A stretch of DNA of 64,000 nucleotides from Vicinamibacteria bacterium (GTDB lineage: Bacteria > Acidobacteriota > Vicinamibacteria > Marinacidobacterales > Marinacidobacteraceae). The position numbers and the translations under genes are program-made. This document shows, piece by piece, positions 49,205-59,452 of this stretch. Every line of letters starts with the position of its first letter. Positions within the stretch are counted from its first letter, which is position 1. The DNA is taken from positions 1,440,001-1,504,000 of the forward strand of contig OZ241322.1 in NCBI GenBank assembly GCA_965199715.1, in the 5' to 3' direction. The notes under the pieces were generated by a model. It saw only the letters and a program-made list of their open reading frames with translations, did not search any database and had not been told where the DNA came from.

Positions 49205-51760
49205 ATGGCGGGCGAGACGAACGGCGCCGCCCGCGATTCGTGGGCGCAGGAGGAGCGGATTCGGCACATCGAAGCCGAGATGAAGCAGTCCTACATGGAC
49301 TACGCCATGTCGGTGATCATCGGGCGGGCGCTCCCCGACGTCCGCGACGGGCTGAAACCGGGCCAACGCCGGGTGCTCTACGCGATGTACCGGGAGGGCC
49401 TGCTCCCGTCCCGGGCGCACTCGAAGTGCGCCGGCATCGTGGGCGAGGTCCTCAAGAAGTACCACCCGCACGGCGACCAGTCGGTGTACGACACGCTGGT
49501 CCGCATGGCGCAGGACTTCAACCTGCGCCACCCGCTCATCGACGGCAAGGGGAACTTCGGCTCGGTGGACGGCGATCCGCCCGCCGCCTACCGGTACACC
49601 GAGGCGCGGCTGACCCCGTTCGCGGTGGGCATGATGGAGGACATCGACCGGGACACGGTCGATTTCGGGCCCAACTTCGACGGCAAGGCGACCGAGCCCG
49701 AGGTCCTGCCCACGGTCGTTCCGAACCTGCTCGTGAACGGCTCCGACGGCATCGCGGTCGGGATGGCCACCAAGATCCCGCCGCACAACCTGCGCGAGGT
49801 CACCGCGGCGTTCCTCCACGTCATCCGCAACCAGGACCAGCCCGACGACGCCCTGAACCGGAAGCTGCTGGAGCTGTTGCCCGGCCCCGACTTCCCGACC
49901 GGCGCCCGCATCCACGGCCGCCACGGAATCCGGCGCGCCTACCTCACCGGGCGGGGCGTCATCCAGGTGCGCGCCGTCGCCGACTTCGAGGACATCTCGG
50001 GGAACCGGACCGCCATCGTCGTCACCGAGATTCCCTACCAGGTCAACAAGACACGGCTCATCGAGAAGATCGCCGACCTGGTCAAGGACAAGCGCGTCAC
50101 CGGGATCTCGGACATCCGCGACGAGTCCGACCGCCGCGGGATGCGCATCGTGCTGGAGCTCAAGCGCGGCGAGGAGCCGCAGGTCATCCTGAACAACCTG
50201 TACCGCCACACCCCGCTCCAGAGCTCGTTCGGGATCAACCTGCTGGCCATCGCCGACCGGCGTCCGCGCCTCTTCCCGCTGCTGGACATGCTCCGGGCGT
50301 TCCTCGGGTTCCGGCGCGGCGTCGTCCGGCGGCGGCTCCAGTTCGAGCTCCGCCGCGCCGCCGCGCGGCTCCACCTGCTCGCGGGCCTCGCCTCGGCCGT
50401 GGATCGGCTGGACGAGGTGATCGCGTGGATCCGGACCTCGCGGAATCCGGACGAGGCCCGTCAGCGGCTGAAGGCCAACCTGCGGCCCGCCGAGCTGCGC
50501 ATCGACCGGGAGCTGCTCGCGCGCGCCGGCGTCCCCCCTTCCGACGGAGTCCTCTCGGACGAGCAGGCGCAGGCCACCCTCGACATGCGCCTCCAGCGGC
50601 TCACCCGGTTGGAGCGCGAGAAGGTGCGGGCGGAGATGGACGATCTCGAGGCCCGGATTTCCGGGCTCGTCGAGACGCTGGGGGATCCGGCGCGGATCGA
50701 CGCGATCGTCGCCGAGGAGGCCGAGAAGGCCGCCGCCACCCACGGGAACGACCGCCGCACCGAGGTCGTGGACGCCGCCACCGACCTGACCAAGGAGGAT
50801 CTCATCCCGGTCGAGGACATCGTCGTGTCGGTCACCCAGGGCGGCTACATCAAGCGGACCGCGCTCAGCGAGTACCGCGCCCAGTCCCGCGGCGGCACCG
50901 GGCACTCGGGGGCCGGGATCCGGTCGGGCGACCAGATCCGCAGCCTCATCGTCGGCAACACGCACAGCAAGCTGCTCTTCATCAGCGACGACGGGATCGC
51001 TTACTGCCTGAAGGGGTACCAGATTCCCGAGGGCGGCAAGGCCGGCGTCGGTCGGGCGATCGTGAACCTGCTGCAGCTTCCCAAGGGCCGGCAGGTGATC
51101 GCGTTCTGCCCGACGCCGGACGAGCCGGGGGACAAGGAGTGCCTCTTCTTCGCGACCCGCGGTGGCCGGGTCAAGCGCACCAGCCTCGCGGCGTTCGGCA
51201 ACGTCCGCCAGAACGGGCTGCGGGCCATCCGGATCCAGCCGGGCGACGCGCTCCTCGCCGCGAACCTGACGGGAGGCTGCGGCGAGATCGCGCTCGCGAC
51301 CCGGGACGGCAAGGCCATCCGGTTCCCGGAGTCCGACGTGCGGGCGATGGGCCGCGACGCGATGGGGGTCAAGGGGATCACGCTTGGGCCCGCCGACGAG
51401 GTCGTGAGCCTCGTGACCGTGCCGCCGGGCGACGTTCCCGAGACCTCGCTCCTGACAGTGACCCGCAACGGCTACGGGAAGATGTCCGCGCTGGGCGCGT
51501 ACCGGTTCCAGAGGCGCGCCGGGCAGGGCGTCCTCAACATCGGATCGTCCTTGCGCAACGGCCCCGTGGTGGCCACGGTCGCGGTGGTTCCCGGGGTCGA
51601 TCTGATCGCGATCACCGCCGGCGGAAAGGCGGTCCGGATCCCGGTCCAGGACTTCCGCGACATCGGGCGGACGACCCAGGGAGTGCGCGTGATCCGGGTC
51701 CGGGACGACGACGCGCTGGTCTCCATCACCCGCATCGAGAACGGGGAGGACGAATCGTGA
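49205..51760 (+). CDS. gyrA: DNA gyrase subunit A
   Basis: [25 protein letters not shown], GyrA-box QSRGGTG, beta-pinwheel repeats. Confidence 0.98.
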   Translation: MAGETNGAARDSWAQEERIRHIEAEMKQSYMDYAMSVIIGRALPDVRDGLKPGQRRVLYAMYREGLLPSRAHSKCAGIVGEVLKKYHPHGDQSVYDTLVRMAQDFNLRHPLIDGKGNFGSVDGDPPAAYRYTEARLTPFAVGMMEDIDRDTVDFGPNFDGKATEPEVLPTVVPNLLVNGSDGIAVGMATKIPPHNLREVTAAFLHVIRNQDQPDDALNRKLLELLPGPDFPTGARIHGRHGIRRAYLTGRGVIQVRAVADFEDISGNRTAIVVTEIPYQVNKTRLIEKIADLVKDKRVTGISDIRDESDRRGMRIVLELKRGEEPQVILNNLYRHTPLQSSFGINLLAIADRRPRLFPLLDMLRAFLGFRRGVVRRRLQFELRRAAARLHLLAGLASAVDRLDEVIAWIRTSRNPDEARQRLKANLRPAELRIDRELLARAGVPPSDGVLSDEQAQATLDMRLQRLTRLEREKVRAEMDDLEARISGLVETLGDPARIDAIVAEEAEKAAATHGNDRRTEVVDAATDLTKEDLIPVEDIVVSVTQGGYIKRTALSEYRAQSRGGTGHSGAGIRSGDQIRSLIVGNTHSKLLFISDDGIAYCLKGYQIPEGGKAGVGRAIVNLLQLPKGRQVIAFCPTPDEPGDKECLFFATRGGRVKRTSLAAFGNVRQNGLRAIRIQPGDALLAANLTGGCGEIALATRDGKAIRFPESDVRAMGRDAMGVKGITLGPADEVVSLVTVPPGDVPETSLLTVTRNGYGKMSALGAYRFQRRAGQGVLNIGSSLRNGPVVATVAVVPGVDLIAITAGGKAVRIPVQDFRDIGRTTQGVRVIRVRDDDALVSITRIENGEDES

Positions 51761-52425
51761 GACTTCGCTGGATCACGTTGGCCGCGGCGCTCTCGGCCTG
51801 TTCCCAGGCGCCGGAGGAGGCGCTCCTCGAGGAGTTCTTCCGGGGCGTGGAGCGCGGCGACCGGGTGCCCGCGTCGGGAATCGAACTGGAGGAGCTTCCG
51901 GTCGGAGAGATCGACTCGTGGGAGATCGTCGGCATGGGGCCGCAGACCGAGGGTCCGTACCGGATCCCCGAGCTGCGGGACGAGGTCGCCGCCGGCGAGA
52001 AGGCCCGCGACGAGCAGTTCCAGGTGCTCTACGCGTTCCGCCAGGCGAACCAGGAGGCGCTCTCCCGGATCGCCGACCTGCGCGCGGACGATCCCGAGCG
52101 CATGCCGAGCGGCCGGCTCGGCGAGGTCGCCGCGGAGTGGGACGCCTACGGAGCCGAGCGCCGCCGTCTCGTCCGCTCGATCAGCGAGCTCCAGATGGCG
52201 CTCGAGGACGAGCGCCGCCGCACCGGGCGCAGCCTGATGCGCGACGCGCAGGTGGACTACCTCACCGGGCGGGTGCTCGAGCGCGAGCTCACGGTGCGGA
52301 TCACCGGACCGGACGGCCCCCGCGACTTCCGCTTCCAGTTGATGCGGTACGAACTCGCGAACCAGTTCGACGCGGAAGTGCTCTCGCGCTGGATCATCGC
52401 CGGCCTCGAGCCGATCGACGGGTGA
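51757..52425 (+). CDS. Hypothetical lipoprotein with helical/coiled-coil insert
   Basis: GTGA overlap with gyrA; lipobox LSAC; ends RWIIAGL. Confidence 0.7.
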   Translation: MRLRWITLAAALSACSQAPEEALLEEFFRGVERGDRVPASGIELEELPVGEIDSWEIVGMGPQTEGPYRIPELRDEVAAGEKARDEQFQVLYAFRQANQEALSRIADLRADDPERMPSGRLGEVAAEWDAYGAERRRLVRSISELQMALEDERRRTGRSLMRDAQVDYLTGRVLERELTVRITGPDGPRDFRFQLMRYELANQFDAEVLSRWIIAGLEPIDG

Positions 52426-52967
52426 GCGACCGCGCCGCGCTGCTCGACGTCCTGCGGCGGGAGGCCGTCCGCCACGGGGAATTCACGCTCGCGTCGGGGA
52501 AGCGCAGCAACGTGTACGTGGACGTGCGGCTCGCGTCGCTCCGGTCGGACGCGGCGCCGCTGATCGGGCGGCTGCTCCTTGACGAGATGGACCGCCGGGG
52601 CTTCGCGCCCCGCGCCGTCGGCGGCATGGCCACCGGCGCGATCCCGCTGGTCGCGGCCGTCGTGACCGCCGCCGCCGCAAGGAGCCGGACGCTGATCGGC
52701 TTCTACGTCCGCAAGGAGTCGCGCGAGCACGGCCGGGAGCGGCTCGTGGAAGGGGTCGAACGTCCGTCGGGCGAAGCGGTCGTCCTCGAGGACACCGCCT
52801 CCACCGGCGGCTCGCTGCTGCGGGCCGTCCGGGCGGCGCAAGCCGCCGGCTTCGCCGTGTCCTTCGCCCTCGCGCTCGTGGACCGGGACATGGGGGCGGA
52901 AGCCGCGCTTCAAGCCGAGGGCGTTCCCTTCGGCGCGCTCTTCCGGCTGCGCGAACTGACCGGATAG
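52422..52967 (+). CDS. pyrE: Orotate phosphoribosyltransferase
   Basis: GEFTLASGKRSNVYVD, VRKESREHG, VVLEDTASTGGS. Confidence 0.93.
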   Translation: MSDRAALLDVLRREAVRHGEFTLASGKRSNVYVDVRLASLRSDAAPLIGRLLLDEMDRRGFAPRAVGGMATGAIPLVAAVVTAAAARSRTLIGFYVRKESREHGRERLVEGVERPSGEAVVLEDTASTGGSLLRAVRAAQAAGFAVSFALALVDRDMGAEAALQAEGVPFGALFRLRELTG

Positions 52968-52980
52968 GCTTTTTCGCCCC

Positions 52981-54462
52981 ATGAAGCTCTTCCTTCTCCC
53001 GCTTCTGCTCCTCCCGGCGCTCGCTCCGGCGCAGGAGCGCGATCTGGACCTCGTCATCGCCCGCGGCCGGGTGATCGACCCGGAGACCGGCCTCGACGGC
53101 GTGCGCGACGTGGGGATCCTCCGCAACGAGATCGTGGCGATCTCGCGCGAGCGGCTCCAGAACCGGCTGCGCCAGGGCGGCGTCCTGCTCGACGCCGAGG
53201 GAAAGGTGGTGAGCCCCGGGTTCATCGACCTGCACGCCCACGGCCAGTCGGTGGAGGCGAACCGCTTCCAGGCGATGGACGGGGTGACGACGGCGCTGGA
53301 GCTCGAGGGCGGCGCGCCCCGGATGGCGACGTTCCTCGAGTCGCGCAAGGGGTCGGCGATCCTCCACTACGGGGCCACGGTGGCCCATGGCGGGCTTCGC
53401 CTGCTCGGCGTTCCGGCGCTCCGGGACGACGTCGCGTCCATCCTCGAAGCCGAGAGCACCGGCGCCGAGCTGGTGCTCGACCAGGCGCAGGTGCTGCGCG
53501 AGGGCAACTACGCCGCCGTCGAGGACACGCAGGCGGTGCATGACGCCATCGAGGCCGAGCTGCGGGCCGGCGGGCTCGGCGTCGGCATGCCCCACCAGTA
53601 CTACCCGGGGGCGGACCACACCGAGATCTTCCAGCTCTTCGAGTTCGCCGCCGGGATGGATGTCCCGATCTACACCCACGTCCGCGACATGGCCGTCTCG
53701 GCGATCCAGGAGGTGCTCGCGAACGCGCTCGCGACCGGCGCGCCGCTCCACATCGTCCACCTGAACAGTTCCAGCCTGCACCACCTCCCGGTCACGCTTG
53801 ACCTCATCGCCGGCGCCCGCGCCGCCGGAGTGGACGTGACCACCGAGGCGTATCCCTACACCGCGGCCTCCACCGGAATCTCCTCGGCGCTCTTCGACGA
53901 GGGCTGGCAGGAGAAGCTGGGGATGACCTACGGCGACGTCCAGTGGCAGGACACCGGCGAGCGGCTCACCGAGGAGACGTTCCACTTCTTCCGCCAGGAA
54001 GGCGGCACGGTGATCCTCCACATGATGGACCCGGAGATGATCGAGCTGGCGATGCGGACCTCGTTCGTGATGGTCGCCTCCGACGGCATGCCCTACGCGC
54101 CGGGGGCGCACCCCCGCTCGGCGGGCACCTTCTCCCGCGTGCTCGGGCGCTACGTGCGCGACCAGCGGGTGCTGACGCTCCATGACGCGCTCCGGCGGAT
54201 GACGCTGATGCCGGCGGAGCGGCTCGAGCCGATGGCGCCGGTGATGCGCCGAAAGGGACGGATCCAGGTCGGCGCCATCGCCGACGTCACGGTGTTCGAC
54301 CCGGACACGATCATCGACACCGCCAACTTCGAGGATGACCTCAGCTTCTCCGAGGGCGTGGAGCACGTGCTCGTGGACGGCGTCCCGGTGGTTCGGGACG
54401 GCGCGCTCGTCGAGGGCGTCTTTCCGGGCAAGCCGCTCCTCGGCCGGTACGCGTCCGAGTAG
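52981..54462 (+). CDS. Amidohydrolase, D-aminoacylase/D-glutamate deacylase-like, with signal peptide
   Basis: GRVIDPETGLD, PGFIDLHAH, DGVTTALELE, EAYPY, ASDG, HPRSAGTFSRVL, KGRIQVGAIAD. Confidence 0.85.
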   Translation: MKLFLLPLLLLPALAPAQERDLDLVIARGRVIDPETGLDGVRDVGILRNEIVAISRERLQNRLRQGGVLLDAEGKVVSPGFIDLHAHGQSVEANRFQAMDGVTTALELEGGAPRMATFLESRKGSAILHYGATVAHGGLRLLGVPALRDDVASILEAESTGAELVLDQAQVLREGNYAAVEDTQAVHDAIEAELRAGGLGVGMPHQYYPGADHTEIFQLFEFAAGMDVPIYTHVRDMAVSAIQEVLANALATGAPLHIVHLNSSSLHHLPVTLDLIAGARAAGVDVTTEAYPYTAASTGISSALFDEGWQEKLGMTYGDVQWQDTGERLTEETFHFFRQEGGTVILHMMDPEMIELAMRTSFVMVASDGMPYAPGAHPRSAGTFSRVLGRYVRDQRVLTLHDALRRMTLMPAERLEPMAPVMRRKGRIQVGAIADVTVFDPDTIIDTANFEDDLSFSEGVEHVLVDGVPVVRDGALVEGVFPGKPLLGRYASE

Positions 54463-54475
54463 CGCCGGCGGATCC

Positions 54476-55177
54476 ATGGCCGTCCGCCGTTTCCTCCTGC
54501 TGCAGGTCCGCAGCGCGGACGACCCCATGGGGGAGCACGAGCGGGCCGCGTTCCGGGCGGCGCTCGGAGCCGCCCCGGGAGACCTGGACGCCTGGAACCT
54601 CCTCGACGGCGGCCCCGGGCGGGAGCGCCTGAAGGCCGCCGACATGGTGCTGGTCGGCGGCAGCGAGCATTCGGTCGCCGAGGGGCGCGAAGCGCCGTGG
54701 ATCACGGGCGCGCTCGGGACGATGGAGTCGCTGGTGCGGAACGAGAAGCCTGCGTTCGCGTCGTGCTGGGGATTCCAGGCGCTCGCCCGCGCGCTCGGCG
54801 GGCGAGTGGTCACCGATCCGGACCTCGCCGAGCTGGGCGTCCTGACGCTGCGCCTCACCGGGGCCGGGGCCCGGGACCCGCTGTTCGCCGACCTCGGCCC
54901 GTCCTTCCGGGCGGTCATCGGCCACGAGGACTCCGTGGCCGAGCTTCCTCCGGGGGCCGTCGGCCTCGCGTCGTCCCCGAGAGCGGAACACGCGGCCTTC
55001 GCGATTCCCGGAGTTCCGCTCTACGCGACCCAGTTCCACCCGGAGCTGGACCGGGCCGGCCTCGCCGCCCGGCTACGCCGCTATCCCCGTTATCGGGACC
55101 TGGGACCGGTGGAGGACGAGGATCCGACGCCGGCCGTGGGCCGCCTGCTGCGCCGGGCCATGGAGACGATGACGTGA
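54476..55177 (+). CDS. Class I glutamine amidotransferase (stand-alone, GMP synthase-like)
   Basis: GGS, ASCWGFQ nucleophile elbow, GHED, TQFHPE. Confidence 0.88.
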   Translation: MAVRRFLLLQVRSADDPMGEHERAAFRAALGAAPGDLDAWNLLDGGPGRERLKAADMVLVGGSEHSVAEGREAPWITGALGTMESLVRNEKPAFASCWGFQALARALGGRVVTDPDLAELGVLTLRLTGAGARDPLFADLGPSFRAVIGHEDSVAELPPGAVGLASSPRAEHAAFAIPGVPLYATQFHPELDRAGLAARLRRYPRYRDLGPVEDEDPTPAVGRLLRRAMETMT

Positions 55178-56520
55178 CCGACTGGCTGGACCGCTTCTTC
55201 CGGATCCACGAGCGCCGGAGCACGCCGCAGCGCGAGTTCCTCGCGGGCGCGACGACGTGGCTGGCGCTCTCCTACATCATCCTCGTGAACCCGATCGTGC
55301 TCGGCGCGACCGGGATGGACGTGGGCTCGGTCATGGTGGCGACGGCGGTCGGCGCGGCGATCTCGACGCTCGCCGCCGGACTCCTCTCCCGGCTTCCGGT
55401 GGCGCTCGCGCCCGGCATGGGGCTCAACTTCTTCTTCGCGTTCACCCTATGCGGCTCGGCGGCCGCGGGCGGATTCGGACTGACCTGGCAGCAGGCGCTC
55501 GCCGCCACCCTGATCTCCGGCGTCCTGTTCCTGCTGAGCGCGACGATCCGGCTGCGGGCGCGGCTTCTGGAGATCATCCCGCCGCCGCTGCGCCACGCCA
55601 TCGCCGCGGGGATCGGCCTCATGATCGCGCTCATCGGGTTGCGCTGGGCCGGTCTTCTGGCCCCCAACCCGGCGACGTACATCGGGCTCGGCGACTTCGG
55701 CTCACGCCCGGTCCAGGCCGCCGCAGTCGGTCTCCTGGTCACCGCGCTGCTCGTCGTCCGGCGGTTCCCCGGAGCCCTCATCCTCGGCGGAGCGACCTCC
55801 GGCGCGCTGGCTCTCGCGTTCGGGCTCACCGAGTTCACCGGCGTCGTGTCCGCGCCGCCCTCGCTCGCCCCCACCTTCCTCGCCTTCGACTTCGCCGGGC
55901 TGTTCGCGGCGCCGACGTGGATCGCCGCGGTCGCGACGCTGCTCTTCGTGGACATGTTCGACACCGTCGGGACGCTGCTCGCCGTCGGCTACCGGGCGCG
56001 CCTGCTCGACGAGGAGGGGCGTCTCCCGAGGGCGGAGGCGGCGCTCGCGTCCGACGCCGGGGGCACGATCGTCGGCAGCGCGCTCGGCACCTCCACGATC
56101 ACGACCTACATCGAAAGCGCCGCCGGAGCGGCCGCCGGTGGGCGGACCGGCCTCGCGTCGGTGACCACGTCGGCGCTCCTTCTCGGCGCGGTGTTCCTCC
56201 ACCCGCTCCTGTCGGTCGTGGCCCCGGTCCCGACCGAAGACGGCCTCACGCTCTATCCGGTCGTCGCCCCCATCCTCATCATGATCGGCGTCCTGATGAT
56301 GCCCGAGCTCGGGAAGATCGTCTGGGAACGCCCGCTCAACTCGATACCGGCGGCGTGCGTGATCCTCGGGATGCCGTTCACGACCAGCATCACGAACGGA
56401 ATCGGGGCAGGCTTCATCGCGTGGTCGGCGCTCCACCTCATCGCCGACCGCAGCCGCGAGGAGACGACCATCTGGACCCACGTGATCGCGGGCGCGTTCC
56501 TGGTCCTGTTCCTCATCTGA
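55174..56520 (+). CDS. NCS2/AzgA-family purine permease
   Basis: AGATTWLALSYIILVNP, ALAPGMGLNFFF, DMFDTVGTL, GTSTITTYIESAAG..AGGRTGL. Confidence 0.92.
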   Translation: MTDWLDRFFRIHERRSTPQREFLAGATTWLALSYIILVNPIVLGATGMDVGSVMVATAVGAAISTLAAGLLSRLPVALAPGMGLNFFFAFTLCGSAAAGGFGLTWQQALAATLISGVLFLLSATIRLRARLLEIIPPPLRHAIAAGIGLMIALIGLRWAGLLAPNPATYIGLGDFGSRPVQAAAVGLLVTALLVVRRFPGALILGGATSGALALAFGLTEFTGVVSAPPSLAPTFLAFDFAGLFAAPTWIAAVATLLFVDMFDTVGTLLAVGYRARLLDEEGRLPRAEAALASDAGGTIVGSALGTSTITTYIESAAGAAAGGRTGLASVTTSALLLGAVFLHPLLSVVAPVPTEDGLTLYPVVAPILIMIGVLMMPELGKIVWERPLNSIPAACVILGMPFTTSITNGIGAGFIAWSALHLIADRSREETTIWTHVIAGAFLVLFLI

Positions 56521-58542
56521 TCAGGCCGGCTCGAGCCGTGCGTACGCGACGACGAGGCGCCGCCGCCCGTGGTGGCGGAACAGCACCGTGACCCGCGAGC
56601 CGTCCGGGTCGGCGGATTCGATCCGGCCGACGCCGAAGCGGGCATGGCGGACGGACATCCCGCGCCGGAACCGGCCGCCGGCGGCCGCCGGGCGGCCCTT
56701 CGCGTTCGCGAACAGCTCCCTCGGAATCTCCGCGAGGAAGCGCGAGGGCGCGTCCTTCTCCCGTCGCCACGGGCTCCGCCCGGGCGCGGCGAGCAGGTAG
56801 AGCGCGCTCCGGGCGCGGGTGATCCCCACGTAGAACAGCCGCCGCTCCTCCTCCATGTTGTCCAAGCCGAGCGAGTGCGGAAACACTCCCTCCCAGAGGC
56901 CGCCGAGGAACACGGTGTCGAACTCGAGGCCCTTCGCCGCGTGGACGGTCATGACGAGCACCGGGGGATCGCCCTCGTCGCCGATGAAGTCCTCCGCCGA
57001 GAGCAGGCTCACCTGATCCAGCCACTCGAGCGTCGTCGCGCTCTCGTTGAGCCGCGCGAAATCCGCCGCCCCGCTCTTGAGCGAGACGAGGTTCTCGAGG
57101 CGCTCCGGGTCCTGGCGCTCGTAGTGCGGGCCGAGGCCGGTCGCCTCGACCGCCGCTTCGGCCGCCTTCGCCGGCCCGGACTCGACGGCGGCCCGGACCC
57201 GCTCGATCCCCTCGAGGAACGCCCGCAGGCCCCGCACGGCTCCCCGAGCCAGCCCGCGCTCCCCGACCAGCGCCTCGGACGCGGCCAACAGCGACGACCC
57301 GTCCGCCGCGGCGCGCTTCTCGATGGACTTGAGCGAGGCGTCGCCCACGCCGCGCGAAAGCGACCCGACGGCGCGGCGAAAGGCCACGTCGTTTTCCGGC
57401 AGGACCGCGAGCTGCACGTGGGCGCGCGCGTCGAGAACTTCCTTGCGCTCGTAGAAGCGCAGTCCGCCGATGACCCGATGCGGCACCCGGTGCGCGGCGA
57501 AGGCCTCTTCGTAGGCGCGGGTCTGGGCGCGGGTGCGCAGCAGCACGGCCGCCTCGCCCCGATCGGCGCCGAGCCGGGCCGCTTCCGCCGCCGCGAAGTG
57601 CGCTTCCCCGGTCTCGGCCGCGAAGACGCTCAGCGTGATGGGCCGTCCGAGCCCGGCCACCGCCCGAAGCTCCTTGCCGTGCCGCCGGCGGTTCTTCGAA
57701 ATGACCGCGTTCGCGGCGCACAGAATCGTGCCCGAGGAGCGGTAGTTCTCCTCGAGGCGGAAGACCCGGGCGCCGGGGAAGTCGCGCTCGAACCGCAGGA
57801 TGTTCTCGAAGTCCGCGCCCCGGAACGAGTAGATCGACTGGTCGTCGTCCCCCACCGCGAAGACGTCATGGCCGGGGCACAGCTCCTCGACCATTTGGTA
57901 CTGGAGCGGGCTCGTGTCCTGGTACTCGTCCACGTGCAGGATTTCAGCCCGCCGCCGGGCGAAGTCCCGCGCGGCCGGCGACTTCCGCAGCAGCGCCAGC
58001 GGCTGGATGATGAGGTCGTCGAAGTCCGCCGCGCCGGTCCGGGCGAGCTCGTCCTGATAGGCCTCGAAGACGGAGCGGACCGCGCGGTCCTCCGGCCCCC
58101 GGGGGCGGCGAATCTCGCGCCCGGCGGCCACGGCGCACTTCATCTCCGACAGGCCCGAGCGCATCTTCCGGGGAGTGATGAGCTCCGGATCCACTCGGAG
58201 CTCGCGCCGGATGCGCTGGATGAGCGTCTTCGCGTCGTCCTCGCCGAGGACCGCGAACCCCTCGGGGAGGCCCATCTCCGCCCCGAAGAGGCGCAGGAGC
58301 CGCAACCCGATCGAGTGAAACGTCCCGACCCACGCCTGCTCGACCCGGTCGCGCAGTTCCCGGGCGGCCTTGTTCGTGAAGGTGACCGCGAGGATCGACT
58401 CCGGTTCCGCGCCGTTCTCGATCCGCCAGGCGATGCGCCGGGCGACGACCCGGGTCTTGCCCGATCCGGCTCCGGCGAGGACCAGCGTCGGTCCCGGCGG
58501 CGCGGTCACCGCCGCCTGCTGGGCCGTGTTGAGATCAGTCAT
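56521..58542 (-). CDS. uvrD: UvrD/PcrA/Rep superfamily I DNA helicase
   Basis: LAGAGSGKTRV, TFTNKAA, VDEYQDT, VGDDDQSIYSFRGA, LEENYRS, MTVHAAKGLEF, EERRLFYVGITRA. Confidence 0.93.
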   Translation of the reverse strand: MTDLNTAQQAAVTAPPGPTLVLAGAGSGKTRVVARRIAWRIENGAEPESILAVTFTNKAARELRDRVEQAWVGTFHSIGLRLLRLFGAEMGLPEGFAVLGEDDAKTLIQRIRRELRVDPELITPRKMRSGLSEMKCAVAAGREIRRPRGPEDRAVRSVFEAYQDELARTGAADFDDLIIQPLALLRKSPAARDFARRRAEILHVDEYQDTSPLQYQMVEELCPGHDVFAVGDDDQSIYSFRGADFENILRFERDFPGARVFRLEENYRSSGTILCAANAVISKNRRRHGKELRAVAGLGRPITLSVFAAETGEAHFAAAEAARLGADRGEAAVLLRTRAQTRAYEEAFAAHRVPHRVIGGLRFYERKEVLDARAHVQLAVLPENDVAFRRAVGSLSRGVGDASLKSIEKRAAADGSSLLAASEALVGERGLARGAVRGLRAFLEGIERVRAAVESGPAKAAEAAVEATGLGPHYERQDPERLENLVSLKSGAADFARLNESATTLEWLDQVSLLSAEDFIGDEGDPPVLVMTVHAAKGLEFDTVFLGGLWEGVFPHSLGLDNMEEERRLFYVGITRARSALYLLAAPGRSPWRREKDAPSRFLAEIPRELFANAKGRPAAAGGRFRRGMSVRHARFGVGRIESADPDGSRVTVLFRHHGRRRLVVAYARLEPA

Positions 58543-59452
58543 CCACGACCGATTTCATCAGGCCGGGGGGACGGTTCACGTCCACCCCGCGCGCCTTGCC
58601 CTCGAATGCCGCGAGCAGTTGGATCGGCGGCGCCAGCCGGAACGCCGCGAGCGGGCCGGTCGCCGGAAGCGGCAGGACCGGCGCGCCGGCGGCTCGCGCG
58701 GCCTCGTCCGAACGCTCGGGACTCGGGCCGAGCGCGACGACCGGAGTCGCGGGGGACAGCAGCGCGGCCGGGCCGTGGGCGAGCTCGCCCGCCGGCAGCG
58801 CGAACGCCGGGAGCTGCGCGGTCTCCATCATCTTGAGCGCCGCTTCCCGGGCGAGCGGCAGCAGCGGCGCGCCGGCGAGGAAGAACCACGCGGTCCGGTC
58901 CGGCCGCTGCGCGAGGAACGCGCGCAGCCGATCCTCCTCGTCGAGACCGGCTTCGACGAGCGGCGGCGCGTCGTCGGGATCCGCCGGCGCCGCGCCCAGG
59001 TCGCGGGCCAGCACCAGGAGCGTCCCGAGCGCGGTCGTAAAGCTCTTGCTCGCCGGGACCGCCTCCTCGCGTCCGGCCCGGGTCACGAGCGCTGCGTCGG
59101 CGAGGCGCGCCGCCGGGCTGTCCGCCTCGTTGGTCACGACGACCCGGTGGACCGCTCGGGCGGTCTCGAGCGCCCGGAGGATGCTCCCGGTCGTTCCCGA
59201 CTGGCTGATCCCGACGAACGTGCGGACCCCGGCCAGGTCGAGCGGCTCGGTCGCGGGTCCGGCCCGCGCCTTGATTCCGCCCGCCCGGAGCCACAGCGCC
59301 CCGAGCTCGGCCGCGTGCCGGCTGGTGCCTGACCCGGCGAGCAGAACCGGTCCGCGGCGGGCGACCGGAGGACGGCCGGCGAGCGCCCGGAGCGTGCGGC
59401 GGAGCGCGTCCGGCGACTCGCGGATCTCCCGGAGCAGCGCCGGCTCAGACGT
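58535..59452 (-). CDS. SIS-domain sugar-phosphate isomerase (GlmS C-terminal-like), non-canonical start
   Basis: The frame upstream of the ORF-track GTG (59137) stays open and encodes LLREIRESP...[11 protein letters not shown]...GISQSGTT...VTN..DSP; downstream [33 protein letters not shown]. Confidence 0.75.
   Translation of the reverse strand, partial: TSEPALLREIRESPDALRRTLRALAGRPPVARRGPVLLAGSGTSRHAAELGALWLRAGGIKARAGPATEPLDLAGVRTFVGISQSGTTGSILRALETARAVHRVVVTNEADSPAARLADAALVTRAGREEAVPASKSFTTALGTLLVLARDLGAAPADPDDAPPLVEAGLDEEDRLRAFLAQRPDRTAWFFLAGAPLLPLAREAALKMMETAQLPAFALPAGELAHGPAALLSPATPVVALGPSPERSDEAARAAGAPVLPLPATGPLAAFRLAPPIQLLAAFEGKARGVDVNRPPGLMKSVVDD

Noticed and set aside
54476-55177. 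Stand-alone GATase as the missing glutaminase of the SIS-only GlmS
   Set aside because: It is a class I (triad) enzyme, whereas GlmS uses a class II Ntn domain; opposite strand and different operon, so no support beyond proximity.
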